From positions 102,587 to 166,586 of the forward strand of contig CDMY01000212.1 in NCBI GenBank assembly GCA_001179505.1: DNA of 64,000 nucleotides, written 5' to 3'. Of the stretch, positions 11,001 to 24,200 are shown in pieces. This DNA comes from Vitrella brassicaformis CCMP3155. Its lineage: Eukaryota; Protista; Chromerida. The notes below the pieces were generated by a model, which was given only the letters and a program-made list of their open reading frames with translations, searched no databases and was not told the origin of the DNA. How positions within the stretch are numbered: the stretch's first letter is position 1; every line of letters starts with the position of its first letter. Position numbers and translations under genes: made by a program.

Positions 11001-12754
11001 CGCATCATTCGCTGCAGGTGGGCGTGCTGGCGGTTGCGGCGGCCCTGCTGGGCGCTTCCATCTATGGGGCGACGAATCTCGAGGAACGCTTCGATTTAGC
11101 GTTCTTTGTTCCAGACGATTCGTACGGCAGTAAATACTTCGACTACCTCGATGACTACTACAGCGGCGCACGTACGCTATCGCCAAACGGACAAAGACAT
11201 TCATGCATCCGGTACACCTTCCCATGGCCTTGTGCGTGTGTGTGTGTGTGTGTGTGTGCAGCTGTCCCCATGACGGTGGTGGTCAAAGACTTCGATTACT
11301 ACGCTAACCGAGACACCACCCTACCGGTAAACGCACGCACACAACCACTCACAGGAGGGCGTCCATTACCCAGTGACTCACACACGGCTGAATTGCATTG
11401 TGTGCAGGATGTGTCATCAATTCTGCGTACGTCCAAGTACGTCGAGGCATCGACCGTCGAGAGCATCTTCGAAGAATACGCGAGATCGCCCCTTTATGAC
11501 ACGGTGATCACGCATGCGATGCGACAAAGCTGGGACACACTTACCGACGCGCTTATGACATGCATTTTACGTGTGCTGTAGAGCACGCCAGCCGCTTGGT
11601 ACACGGGCCTCTCCACCTTCATCACTCAAGACGGACCCGGCAAAAGGTACATCACAACACCATTCCGTCCTGTCACTCACACACACGTCCACACACTGCG
11701 TTTCACTGCTGCAGGTTTGAGCAGGACATCGTATGGCGGGACCCCCTGGACGTCACGCAAGGCATCCGCGCGTCGCGCCTGCGGGCCGGCTACCGAGGCA
11801 GCGCCATCCCTGACTCGCCCAGCCAAGTGGATGCGATGCTGACCCTGAGGAAGGAGCTGGCTGACGTCGATGGTGTGGATGTCTTTCACTACTCCTTTGA
11901 GCACCTGACGTGGGAGGCCAGCGCCGTCATTGTGTATGAGCTGATCCTGAACCTGTCGCTGGCATTTACAGCGGTCTTCCTCGTGACACTGGTCGGCACG
12001 GGCAGGGCAGGCAGAAACACACAATGGTTGAGAAGCCGAATGTTCGTATGGTTCTTCTGTCTATCTTCACGTGTGTGCAGTTTTTGATTGGTCATCCACT
12101 GACGAGCATAAGGACCTTGTCTTCGTGTGTGTCCTCTACTGTGTTGTCGTCTCTCTCGGTGAGTCTCCACACTCACACACACTCACACACACACACAGAG
12201 GAGCGACTGCGCTGTGCCTCCATGCGCTCGTCCTCCGTCTGCATGTAGGTTTTATGTATTACTGGGGAGTTCCGATCAACACCGTCTCTGTCATCTACAT
12301 AGTGCTCGGCCTGGGCCTCTCCGTCGACTACTCGGCTCACATCGGCTACTCATTCATGCTGCAACAGGCCGCCACCAGGGACGAGCGTGTCGTCAAGGCT
12401 CTGGGGGAGATCGGCGCATCGGTGCTCAACGGCGCCTTCTCCACCTTCCTGGCCATCCTGGTGCTGGCCTTCTCCAAGTCATACGTCTTCCGGGTGTTCT
12501 TCATCCAATTCTTCGACATTGCCGTGTTCGGGGTGGCTGCGGGCATCTGCATCCTTCCTGTGCTGCTCTCCTGGCTGGGCTCGGCGCCATACACCATCCC
12601 ACAAGACGCCCCGGTGAAGGACGGCAAGGTTGTGGAGACGCTCGAGGACACTCATGAGCCGTCGGCCGTGACGGTGCCGACGATACGCCAGAAGAGTGCC
12701 GAGGAAAACCACGAGAGGGAGGGTGAGGAATCCACGCCCCCGGGGAGCGTGTAG
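5079..12754 (+). CDS. Patched/NPC1-family sterol-sensing-domain (RND-type) membrane protein, multi-exon, interrupted by a 3.5-kb block
   Basis: Motifs LPFLLLGIGVDDAFII, ERVALAMSHAGMSITLTSITDALAFGIG, IPALSSFCAYASFGIL, GLGLSVDYSAHIGYSF and GASVLNGAFSTFLAILVLAFSKSYVFRVFF; stop TAG at 12752-12754. The start at 5079 is inferred. Confidence 0.9.
6788..7382 (-). CDS. Small secreted hypothetical protein (about 120 aa, 4 exons), nested antisense in the Patched gene
   Basis: Signal-like MVRLCVAALVLVLVFTVGLSVG. Three GT-AG introns splice in frame to ...CEDTNGITTDGRTNTWSRWLRDDVFMIHTKMDILTRIGTILYRMHGELIRYHYYMRHMLTR*. Confidence 0.65.
7517..7660. repeat. 68-bp exact direct duplication (7517-7584 and 7593-7660) with an 8-bp spacer
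   Basis: AGTCGGCCGTCAATGAAAGAGAGGCGTAGATGTGGGAGCAGAAGCGATTTTCCCGCCACATCACAAAG is read twice, separated by AGAGCTGC. Confidence 0.95.
7653..9987 (-). CDS. Cys-rich secreted hypothetical protein (one gene or two adjacent genes), nested antisense in the Patched gene
   Basis: The 343-aa ORF begins with signal-like MKASTWSLLLPYLLCMSTGCCA, then an Asp-rich stretch and many Cys. Downstream spliced exons (LGKPSW|DALYARPVTG; VACKKSVDVKPGPW...KAKCAL*) end in a Lys/Glu-rich tail. The junction near 8850-8990 is unresolved. Confidence 0.55.
8078..8203. repeat. Compound intronic microsatellite with higher-order unit GGGTGGC(GT)n
   Basis: (GT)n runs are punctuated three times by GGGTGGC; this produces the spurious THTHTH/CVCVCV ORFs. 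Confidence 0.85.
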
Positions 12755-13509
12755 TGGGGTGGGGTAGGGTGTGTTGGGGTGGGTTATTTGCTGGTCTGAA
12801 TATGAGATGCGACTGCGCATTGCTTGTTTGTAAGTACTGTACGTGGGGAGTGTGTTGGCTCACTCGCGGCCCTTCCAAAGGAAGGCTGATGCGAAGGATT
12901 GTTGAATGGTCTGCTCTTTGTGTGTCAATTTGGTGATGCAGGGCTAGTGCTCGTGTAGCGTAGAGTGATTTTTGTCCAACTGCACTTGTACTGCTCGTGT
13001 GTGCGCGTGTGGTGTCTCATCTCGTCTTCTCCAACTTCTCGCCTATTGTCTTCCACAGTCAGTAATAGACTGTGCATGTGTGTATGTGTGCCTGTCGATT
13101 GTTCATTGTGCAAAGCGACGTCCCGTCACTTGATGGTGGGTGTGGTGCATTTTGTTTTGTGGGGCCTTTTCTTGTAGTGTTCCGATGGATGACTGAATAA
13201 TGAGAGACGAGTGATGTGGATGAGTTTCACTCGTGTGGTGCGACACTGGCTAGTCAACACATCAACAGTCTTCGCAGATGGATCGAAGAACATCCATCCA
13301 CCCACCGACTGCACCACGTATCCATCTCAACAGCAGCGTCAAAACACGTAGCTGGGCAAGCCGCGCTAGCCGGCACATAACTACAAAACAAAAACGTACA
13401 GCCAGCGCCTCACAGGTGTACACATGTATACGTATACGATACAAATATCAATACAGATAGGGATAATACAGATACAAGGACAGATAACCTACTCACACTT
13501 CGACTTCCA

Positions 13510-14335
13510 TCAGTTTTGGCAATCGATGTAAGCGAAGCAGCTACAGCCGCGAATGAGAGGGATCGCCGTGCAGATGCTCAAGTCGATGATGCGGATCGTC
13601 CGTTGACAGTCCGGGAGCCGGGCAAACGAGCCAGGCACCGCCTCATTGAACCCCGTCCAATATCGGCAAAATGCCTGTCAACAATCGAGAAAAAAGCAAA
13701 CATGCTCGCCTCGGCTTCTCCCCGTCTCACATCTGCAGCGTCTTGGCCGCAATCGAATCCAATGTCAAGCAGTGCCTGCCCGCACCAATCCACAGGAATG
13801 TTGGCCACTTTTGGGGTCGGATAGCGCTCTGCATGCAGCATTGCCGAGGGAGAGAATCGATCAAGGACCACAACAGGTGAGCACAGACAGAATCAGTGGC
13901 GTACGCGCGGCCGCTGCGGTGCACTCCGCGTCTTCATCGCAATTCCAAATCACACGCTCAGCAGCACCACCTGTGGTGGTGCATGTAGCCCAACACACAC
14001 GAGCAGAAAATCGATCAGCCAAATGGCGTCACCCCGTCTGCACGTACTGTGCGCTTCTTTGCCCACTGTAGTAGATTCCGGTCGTCTGCGCCATCGTGGG
14101 AAAAACGTAACGGGCAGCTGCACTCACGCGCGCACACACACCCACGAAAAAGAGAAAGAGAGAGAGACTCTTTGTGGAAGTGTAGCCTCACGCAGAGACA
14201 ATCCGCCTCACCTCCCGCCTCCAGCGGCTGACAGTCCGGGTCTGTTTCGGCACAATCGCCGCGTTCTTCAGGCCGCTGGCAGTGAGCGACACCGGCGAGA
14301 GTCACGAGCACAAGCAGCCCAAAGATCCACACCAT
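13510..14335 (-). CDS. Small secreted Cys-rich protein (4 exons)
   Basis: Signal MVWIFGLLVLVTLAGVAHC. Spliced C-terminal module VDWCGQALLDIGFDCGQDAADAFCRYWTGFNEAVPGSFARLPDCQRTIRIIDLSICTAIPLIRGCSCFAYIDCQN*; stop at 13510-13512. Internal junctions were inferred by hand. Confidence 0.65.
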
Positions 14336-14386
14336 TGGTCACGGGATGGGGAGTGCGTACGCTGATCGCATCATGTAAACTTCGCC

Positions 14387-14431
14387 GTGGGGGCTCTTCA
14401 GTCTCAGCCCCCACTAGTCTCAGCCCCCACT
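14387..14431. promoter_or_regulatory. Triplicated AGCCCCCAC motif in a 152-bp divergent intergenic region
   Basis: 16-bp tandem AGTCTCAGCCCCCACT at 14400-14415 and 14416-14431, plus the inverted core GTGGGGGCT at 14387-14395, lying between ATGs at 14335(-) and 14488(+). Function is inferred. Confidence 0.4.
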
Positions 14432-14487
14432 GGGAGAAACCGCGAATCCGCTCCGAGTCCCGCCACGAGCCTCTGGAGTCCCGCGCG

Positions 14488-15980
14488 ATGGATTCTCGTA
14501 GAACATCCACGTTCAGCACCGTCCTGATCCTCCTCCAGCTGTGTCAGCAGGTCTCATCGTCGCGTGTCCTAGCGCGTGTTACGGATGACGTAACCTGTTT
14601 CCAGCGGCCCCATGATCTCCCTGAGAAGCCAATCGACATCAGGTGAGTGGAAAGGGTAAGGGCAGCTAGGAGAGCTCTTGGCCGCTGCAATGGGTGGCTG
14701 GATGGGATGCATGCAGCTGCTCCGTGAAGGTCGCCGACGATTTCCGCCATCGGCTGCAGCCAAACCTCAAGGACAAACACATGCTGGATGTAGTCCTGCG
14801 GCTGCGAAAAAAAGGAAGAGGTGTTGGCGGCAAGGCTGAGCTTCAAATCTCACTGCAGAATGTCGGCGGAATCGACGTCACAAACGGTGGTTGCGTCTTG
14901 CAGTTGAAGGGCGACGGCGACTGTTCCTTGGAGAGGTACGTGCATTTGGGGGCACATAGGATGCCAACTTCAATGTGTGTCTCTGTTGACGCAGTCTGGA
15001 CAAAGCCGACAAATTGAATGGCAATTCCCTGATGGTCGCGATGCTGTCATGGGTCGATACCTACGGAGAGGGCTGGGGCTGCACCAAGGGACTGAGCCTC
15101 GTCGACATCAGCAGCATCAAGGAGAGCTACATGCTTACACACGCAAGTACGTGTCTGGAGATAGACATATGTGACACATTTCATGGCTCGATGTATGTCA
15201 GGTTTCTACTACCAGTCGTTCGGCTTCAAGTTTGGGCCCAAGGCAAACAAAAAGGCGGTCGACAGCTGCAGGGACATGCTGAGCTTCCTTCGTGACGAGG
15301 CGGATGTCTTGTCAACTGTGAAGAGTAATGCCGTCATGGTGCTGCACCAAGCGCTCAGCGCATCAGGCAAGATTGGCCGCGATATCGTCAAGAAGGTTGA
15401 CAAGGAGGTCCGCGATACCAACATCGACGATCCAGAGGCCAGACTTGAGGAGATGCGTCGCAAAACGATCGACGTCGTCGAGGAGCAACCCGCACTAAAA
15501 CAGTCTGTGTCGACTTCTCCGCTGACCCCGTTCCGCCAGACTCGAGATACGGTTGGATCAAAAAAGGCGATGATCGGCGAGAAACGCTTGTTCTTCGACC
15601 TCCTTCTTGCCTGGCCCGAGCTGGAGGAGATGACTCAGGAGTGCGTGTCCAGGGGAGAGAGAATCCGCGATGGCCCGATCAACCCCCAAGCCAGTCAGCT
15701 GCCCCATCTGCGCCCCAAAGCCACCATTGACCCCACCTTCCCGCCAGGCAGCAACGCCCACGAGCTTATGTGTCTGATCCAGTCGGCCGGGCTTGTGCTC
15801 ATGAAGCATGCAGACAAGAAGCGATTGGAGAGAATCATGGATGACTTCCCATCAATGCTACTGGCCCAGAGCCTGCCTGCCGGTGCTCGGAAATGCCTCA
15901 ACGTGTCCACAGGAGTGCGGCAGCTCGGAGACACGCATCGCTACACACTCGTGGAGGAGTTCGCCACACCTTCCAATTAA
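14488..15980 (+). CDS. Signal-peptide-bearing hypothetical protein with a GNAT-like central segment (4 exons)
   Basis: MDSRRTSTFSTVLILLQLCQQVSS; exons join in frame to LDKADKLNGNSLMVAMLSWVDTYGEGWGCTKGLSLVDISSIKESYMLTHASFYYQSFGF; long last exon with stop at 15978-15980. Confidence 0.65.
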
Positions 15981-16407
15981 AAAGAAACGAGAGAAAACTG
16001 CATGAGTGAAGCGACAAAAACAAAAACAGACAGGTCGATGGACGCATACATGCATCATCGAGACACATCCTTGCAACAGCGCGGGAGAGACACGACGCAC
16101 ATGTTGCGGAACGAGATGGCCACATGAGTGTTTCCTGCCTTAACGAGATTATCAGGCAGGAAACACAGTGATAATCGACGGATCGGTCATGCGGTCCAAT
16201 AATCCATGAATACACCGATCCATGAATACACATCTATCGAATATCTGGAGCGCTGTCCTTCATGTGTCAGCTCCGCTGTGTCTCCGGGCGATGTGGCCCC
16301 GCACCCACGCCTGAATCCTACACACACACACACACACACACAGAACCGCATACACACACAGAAACGCATACATCAAACGTGCAGATCTAGCGTGTCAGTG
16401 CATTTGT

Positions 16408-19400
16408 TCACCTGGTGCTGGCAACTTCCCTTCTTAGCTCCTTGTCCCAACGGAGATTGTAATAATTTGCTGTAGCGAGGAAGACCAGGAAAGGGATGCT
16501 CTGGTCCTGCTCTTCGCCATTGCCCTGACACACATACACACAAGGCTCACAAGAGTGAGTCAGTGATTCAACCGGTTCTTGTTTGCCGTGTGTGTACCAC
16601 TGGCTCGAGATATCTGAGGCTGTAGCGCAGGCCCGCCCCCAGCTGCGCCACTCGCGACCGATACGGAACCACATATCCATTCTTGCGACGACGCAGCAGT
16701 CCCCTATATGAGACACCAGCCACAAGGAGGCACATGCACACAATCCCTGGCAACACACGTCGCCCACCTTGAGAAGTGGCTGGTGAGATCGAAGGCATCT
16801 TCAGCCTTGACTATGCCCTGATCCATCGGTCACACGAGACAAGAGACAAGAAGACAAAGTCCAGAAGATGCGCACAGGCGCCCCTGGCTATCGATGGTCT
16901 CTGCCGATCAGTGTCTCACGGCCAGAAGAGACCAGTCCTCCGAGGCCTCGTCGGCATCATCTTCGGCGACGTCCGACACTCCAAACTGGTAGCTGATGAC
17001 GCTGCATCGCTCCAGCAGCTCGTCCCGGAACTTTAGCGCCCACCGCCACATGTCGAACAAACGCACTTCCGACTCATTGGTGGCCACAAAGAGACGGGAA
17101 AGACGGCAACCCTGCAGACACATCCAGGTGCGTTGTGCATCGAACGAGCGTGTGCTGGCGGAGTGACTGGCTCACACTGTAGAATGGTGTTCGCTTGATG
17201 GATGGCAGGTCCTCTGTCGAACACACCACGGACCGCAACACACCTGCCACACACATCACACCATAAGGCGGCGTAATGTATGTATGTATCAGTCTACCGT
17301 GCTCACTCAGTCTGAATTGAGGCCGTGTCATGTGAAAGTTGAGAATCTCCCGCAGGGAGCAGTCAACACGAGTGCAAAACTCCTGATCAACACACAGCAG
17401 GTCTCTCTGCACTTTCCCCCCATCACACGCTCACCACTGCACTTTGCACTTCTCTCAAGGCGTCGCACTCGACGGACTTCCACACCAGTCTTTCAAGGAA
17501 CAGATCCACGTCTAGCAGCACCTTGTCGCTCTCCCACGACGGCCGCCCACCTCCCGACCTCCCTCGCTTGGAGTAGCCGATGAGTGAGTGCTCCACCCGC
17601 TGCAGCCGGGACTGTGGCAGATCGGTGAAAAGACGACGCACAACACCACTGGCGTCGTCATAGCTGCATGCATGACACAAAGTGAGAGCAGTGATTGATA
17701 GAGGTGTCATCTCTGGGTGTTCGTGGTGCGAGTGACTAACGTGATGGCGGTGCGTTCGAGTGCGCTCCGTCCCTTGCGGCTTCGCAGCAGCCGGGCGTCG
17801 CTCAGCTCAACAGCTGGAGAGAGACCCCCCTCGATTAAGTCTGTTTTTTCCGTTCGCTTGGTCTCTGGTCCGACCTTTTTCGAAGAGACGGACAGATGAG
17901 AGATACATCGGCGTCTGGAGGAAGAGGTACATCATTCCATCACCCGCCCGACCATCCCCACAAAATGTCTCCATGACTTGCCTGTCCCCTTGCGAATACG
18001 CCCAGAAACTGGGCGACAAGACGAACAGTCCCCGAAGAGTGCCTGAACACGCACGCACACAATGGGCACATGCACATCCCTTCACGTGTGTGCGCAAGAC
18101 CGACCAGTGCTCCCGAAAAGCGCCAACCAGATCAAGCAGCTGACGATAAGTGACATGCGAGCACACGCAATAAGCTCATTGACTCGTGATGGGTGAGACT
18201 TACCAAATAGAGACGCTGTGCGCCTTGTGGTGCCTCTCTCTCAATGAACCTGCGTTCATGTCAGAGCAGAAGACACACCAGGACGGTGCTCATGGACACA
18301 AGAGCCTGCCACATGCCTGCCTACTTTTGCAGTGAGGTGGTGAATGGAACAGGATTGTACTCAGCGTCAAGTCTGCAGCAGAACAACAACCAGCAGCAAT
18401 GCCAGGTTCGTGCTTTTCATCGCTATGCACTCGTCGCTTACTCTGCGTGGAAGTCGACGAGCGCCCGGAGTATCTCCAGAAATTTCATCTTGGACAGCAC
18501 CTTCCCCGACGCAAGGCCAAGCATCGCTTGCGGCCGGTATCCTGTTCATTCAGACACATGGCGATACATTGGGCGCTCCATCCGTGCACACAGTGACTGA
18601 CAGACGATGGCTGGCTTTACCCAGCTTCGCCGCCTGTAAACACCGCATCGCAGCTAGGCTGTGCCTCAAAGTGTACTTATTTGCAAACACGGAGCTCCGC
18701 GCTCACCACGAGGGTCGGTGCCCGGATGGCTAGCTTGAGATTCTGTTGGACACGATCCACACTGCCTGAGACACACACAAGACCGGGCGCATTGTTTCTG
18801 CGTCAGGATGGACTAAAGCAAGTGACCAGCACGGTGCGCGTACGTCCTCTTTCGTCCTCTTCGCTGACGTCTGACCAGTCTTTAGTCAAATCGTTCACCA
18901 CTGTAGCACACACACAAAGAAGAGACTGAGGATTATCGCGGCATTCAATTCACTCCAACGGACGTACCAGGCATGGCCTCGGCTTCTTGCTCCCCGCCGA
19001 CGAAGAAAAGCTGCTTGTCCATCTCACCGAGGAGACTCTCAACGTGAGCGTCAAAGGTGCAGTCCGTCTGCACCTCCTGAACACAACAGGGAGGGGGGAA
19101 GGAGAAAGCAGGGTCTCACCATCGTGGATACCTACTTGTGAGACCATGATCCGCTCCGCGGCTTTGGCTTCGAAGTGTCTGAAAGTCGCCAGAAATCCCT
19201 TGAGGCCCTCAAACGTCGCCGCTGACTGCACCGAAAGAGACATCTCTTCTCACACGTGACCGCGAATGGTCAGACGGATGTGCACTTGTTCGAGAAGGCG
19301 CGCGTGTTTGCCCTCCTCGGCGTCTAGTTTCGTCACTGAAGGAGAACAGCCGCATAGACCTTGCTGCTTTTCTGTGCGTTTGCAGCGTACGTGTGCGCTC

Positions 19401-21009
19401 TATCTCGTGGACCGTGTTGATGTAGAAATCGTCCTGGGGCTTCTCTGTCTCGCCATCTGATCAAGAGAAACCCTGCAAATGTCACAAAAGGGCTCTTTTT
19501 GTTTTCAGTCTACCTTTCGGCTGGTTGATTGCGTTCATGGCTATCCTGTGGGCGGCGTCCTCCACAGCCAACATCCTGCAGACATTCATCCACGCATTGG
19601 CACGTACACGGCAGCACCGTGCCAGCAGTGTCCCTCACCCTACCTCTGGTTGATGGATCGGTTCTCATTCTTGATGTTTTCGAGCACCCGCAGTGCCAGG
19701 TTGTGGTCCACTTTGAGCTGCATGTGATCGAAGTAATCCTGGTTGTGCTCCTGAGGACCGGCAAGGGCATCACATCAGTGTCTCATGGTCGTCTGACCGT
19801 GCACGCGCCATTCTCACCGCTTCCTTCTTCTGTGTCTCAGCACGGAACTTTCCACACAAGTCGCGCAGCATATCTACAAAAACACCGGACACCATGGCTG
19901 CCCGTCAAGCAGACGATCGCCTTTCAGTACCAGCTTCGTTCTCCTTCTTATTGATGGTGCGATCATAAGAATTGAGATTCCTTCTCAGTGCTCCAAACGT
20001 TCGATTGAGATACTCCACCACAGCGCACCACAGGCGACTCACTACCTGGGCCAAAAGTGCGCAGTGGAAAGTGCACTGATGGCTCAGCTCCTCAAACTGA
20101 CCCATTCACCAATCCACACATATACACACACGTGGCGGACACACACGGAGACTGAGACAAGACATGTCTTGCGTTGCTCACACCGCTGCTGAGTAAATGG
20201 CCATGTCTCGTGTGAAGTTCTCCTGCAGCGTCTTGGCGACGTCTTGCGGGGAAGCGGACGGGGCATGCTCGAATGGAACGAACGTCGACTCGCCCAGCAT
20301 CAGCCTGTCACTTATCCACTCATTCAGGCTCTCCAACTCGTGATGGTGCGCTGCACACGCCACCGCAGACACAGACCATCTTCAACACTTTACCGGGAAC
20401 TCCGCCTGTCTGTCTGTCTGTCTGTCTCTGTCCGCCTATCTAACCGTGGTTGAGGTGGCATGGGGGATAGGCTGTGGAGATGGGCCGCCCCTTTAGAAGA
20501 GCGATCAAGTGGTCGGTTATGCCCCGCGTATGGCTCATCTCTATGTGCTCCTGGCGACCACATCTGCACAGGGGGTGACCATCCGGATCCATGCATCATC
20601 CCGGCCGTGTACGTGTGTGTGTGTGTGTGTGTGGAACTGCCTTGCCTTGGCACACAGCTCCCTTTCAGCTGGGACGTAGCCTGCGACGACTGCTGACTCT
20701 CAAGGGAGGAAAAGTGGTCTGTACATATCGATCGCCATGAGGCGAATATCGCATATAAGTCAGTTAACAGCTTTGCTCTCATTTACTTGGCAAGTGTGAG
20801 GACACGTCGAGCCGGCGTGCTCTCTGCGATTGGGGCCTGGCGCGGTGTGGTGACAGAAGAGGGGAGGAGTCCACCACATCCTCGCCCAGCACCTGCACTG
20901 ACAGCTGACAGAGGGATGGGTGCAGGGACGTGGCATGGCTGTGCGGCGGTTTGGCTTTGCTTCTGGATGCTTGCAGGCTCCGCCCTGTCAAGGGAGCCGG
21001 GCAACTCAT
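16408..21009 (-). CDS. Large multi-exon protein with an axonemal dynein light chain (p28/AXDND1-like) domain; ends approximate
   Basis: Spliced ELESLNEWISDRL...RDMAIYSAA|FEELSHQCTFHCALLAQVVSRLW resembles the family motif IY..F.EL.RQV...C.ERG.LL. Further helical exons run to about 16.4 kb and could belong to a second gene. Confidence 0.5.
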
Positions 21010-21222
21010 GATTTGGGACGTGCGTTGAGCTCAAACGCTTTTATGGACACCCTCGGAGGCCGGGACCGGTGAAGGGGAAGGGAGGGAAGGGAGGGGGCTC
21101 GGCGAGCTTAGCACGCACCCACACCGACTTCGCCTCTCCCCCTCTTCCCCCTCTTTGCACGCGCTGCACAGCTTCCCTCGTCCCATCAGCAACTGCCCAT
21201 TAATCAATCGCATCAGCCAGCC

Positions 21223-24200
21223 ATGCCGCTGCGTTTCGACAACCAGGTTGCAGTCATCACGGGTGCGGGTGGCGGCCTTGGCCGTGCCTATGCCCTCCTG
21301 TTCGCCTCCCGAGGCGCCAAGGTGGTGGTCAACGACCTGGGGGTCACCACACACGGCGAGGCGGGCGGCAAGGGGGGCGTCAGGGCAGCCGACAAGGTAG
21401 GTACTACGGCGGATGGCATGCGATGCATGCCATTGGATGGCCAGATGCCATGTCAGGTGGACGGGTGGCGGCAATGCGGTCACGGCCATGTGTGTGTTGT
21501 TGGTGTTGAGTGTGTGTCAGGTTGTGGCGGAGATCAGGCGTGCAGGTGGTGAGGCGGTCGCCAACTATGACAGCGTGGAGTTCGGCGAGAAGATCATCCA
21601 GACCGCCATCGACGCATACGGACGGGTAAGTGGGTGCATGACCATGATATGATGGACACACTCACCCATCCACTCACTCATTCGCTCATACGGACGGATG
21701 CACACGTGTGTGTCGTGTGTATTGTGTGTGCAGGTGGATATTCTGGTCAACAATGCGGGTATACTGCGCGACGTGTCGTTTGCCAAGATGACTGCCAAGG
21801 ATTGGGACCTCATCATGCTCGTACACCTCAAGGGCGCATACAGGTCAGCCAGCTGGGCACTTACTTCCCCGCACCTCTCTCTCGACATACGACATTGATT
21901 CGGTTTGCGTGTGATGCATCGATGGGATGGGATGGATGTGTCATCCAGCTGCACCAAGGCAGCGTGGCCGTACATGCAGAAGCAGAAGTACGGCCGCATC
22001 GTCAACGCTGCCTCGGGCGCCGGGCTGTACGGCAACTTCGGACAGGTAGGTAGACAAACATGAGATAGATGAGTGGGTGGCAGATACCTTTGTGTGTGCG
22101 TGTGTGTGTGTGTGTATCAGGCCAACTACTCTGCTGCCAAGCTGGGCCTCGTCGGCTTCAGCAAGACACTCGCACGTCAGATGCGATGCATGACACTGAC
22201 TGCACCAGAAAGACAGACTGACAAGGCAGCACCCATCCACTGGCTGCGTGTGTGCAGGTGAGGGTGAGCGCCGCAATATTAACGCCAACGCCATCGCCCC
22301 CCTGGCGGGCACACGGATGACTGAGACCGTCATGCCACAGGTGGGCAAGAGCACACACACACGATTCCACACCACATAGTGAGTAGGGTGTGCACGTGTG
22401 TTGCAATGCAGGAGGTGGTTGACGCGTTGAAGCCCGAGTACGTGGCCCCGCTGGTCGCATACCTCTGCCACGAGTCGTGCAGGGAATCTGGAGAGGTAGG
22501 TACCGTACCCCTGCGGGATTGGATTGCCATCGTCGTATGTGTGGGCTGCATTGCACTTATCGACCCCTATGTGGACGTCTGTCTGTGTGTCTGTGTGTCA
22601 GGTGTTTGAGGTGGGTGCAGGGTGGATCTCCAAGCTGCGATGGCAGCGCACACAGGTGGGGGAGGGGATGCATGGGTAGGTGTAGGTGTGGGTGCGTGTG
22701 CTGGTCCGTGTTCATTATCCATCCATCCACCCGTCCCGTCCGTGGATGTGCGTCCGTCCGGCAGGGTCACATGTTTTCTTCCCCGACCTTCACCGCTGAC
22801 GACGTCGCTGCCAACTGGGCAAAGGTACACACAAACACAAACACACACACGCGGGCACACACAACGGCACACTCTCACAAACAGACATGACAGACACGTA
22901 ATTGCATCTCCACCCCGCTTGTCCAAACGTGTCCATGTGGGTGTCAGATCACCGACTTCACCGGCGCCACCTACCCCACCAGCCTGCAGGAGTCTATGGA
23001 ACTCGTAAGTCCCTCTCGCTGGCCACACACGAACGCAGGCAGGCAGGCAGACAGGGAGGCACATGCATCTTTGAGCCTGCCTGTGTGTATGTGTGTGTGT
23101 GGTGCAGGTGATGCGCCGGCTGGAAGAGTTCAAGACCAGCGGAGCCCCTGCAGCAGCACCACCTGCAGCAGCACCACCCACAGGCGCGCCTACGACGCCC
23201 TCTGAGAAACTCTTCAGGTGGCGCGCACCGCACACACGCATACGAAGCCACACACTCGCCCGCCCGCCGGTGCATCAAATTCGTTTTCTGTTCGGCGCAT
23301 TGCAGGGTGTTGGAGGCGTGGATCAAGGTGGGCGACAACGGGCAGAAGCTCGTGCAGAAGGTCAACGCGAGTTTCCACTTCGATATATTGACCAAAAAGG
23401 GCGGACCCATCGCAACCAGCTGGACCATCGACCTCAAGAACCCACCAGGTCCGCATTGCAAGGACGTTGCAATGCACCCCCGTCACACACACACACACGC
23501 GAAGGGGCGAGCAATCGTGCAATGGATGGGTCCGTATACGGGTGGGCTGCAGGTTCGATCTCTGAGGGCAAGAGCGGATCGTGTGATGCGCTATTCTCGA
23601 TGGCGGATGCGGACTTCGTCAGCGTGGTGACGGGCAAGCTCAACCCGCAGATCGCCTTCATGCAGGTACACACCTACACACACCTACACGCGCACGCGCG
23701 CTAGTCATGTGTCCTATGTGTCTGGTTGTGTCGTTGTTTGTGTGCCCTGCAGGGCAAGATGAAGGTCAAGGGGAGCATGAAGGCCGCCATGAAGTTCACA
23801 CCAGACCTCTTCCCACCGATGCCCAACGGACTCATGGAAATGGACCTCAACAAAGCTATCCAAACTTACTGCGGAGGTAACATCAACTCACCCACCACAG
23901 ACACTCACTCCTCTCACACACACTTATATTTCTCTTGTGTTGCGTGTTTGCAGGCGCAGTACCACCTGCTGCTCCGTCAGCCCGACCTCCTCCAGCAGCA
24001 GCTGCAGCTGCTGGTCTGTCGTCAGCGGCCAGCCAGCTGAAGGCGGCCCCCCTGGTGTCCATGATGCAGACACACATGAAGACCACCGCTGGCAAACAGC
24101 TTGTCAACAAGGTGGGTGGGTTGGGTCAGCACAGCAGATAGATAGAAGATGGGCAGGCACCGAGGTGCACCTAAGTGGAGTGGACGGGTGGCGTGTGTGG

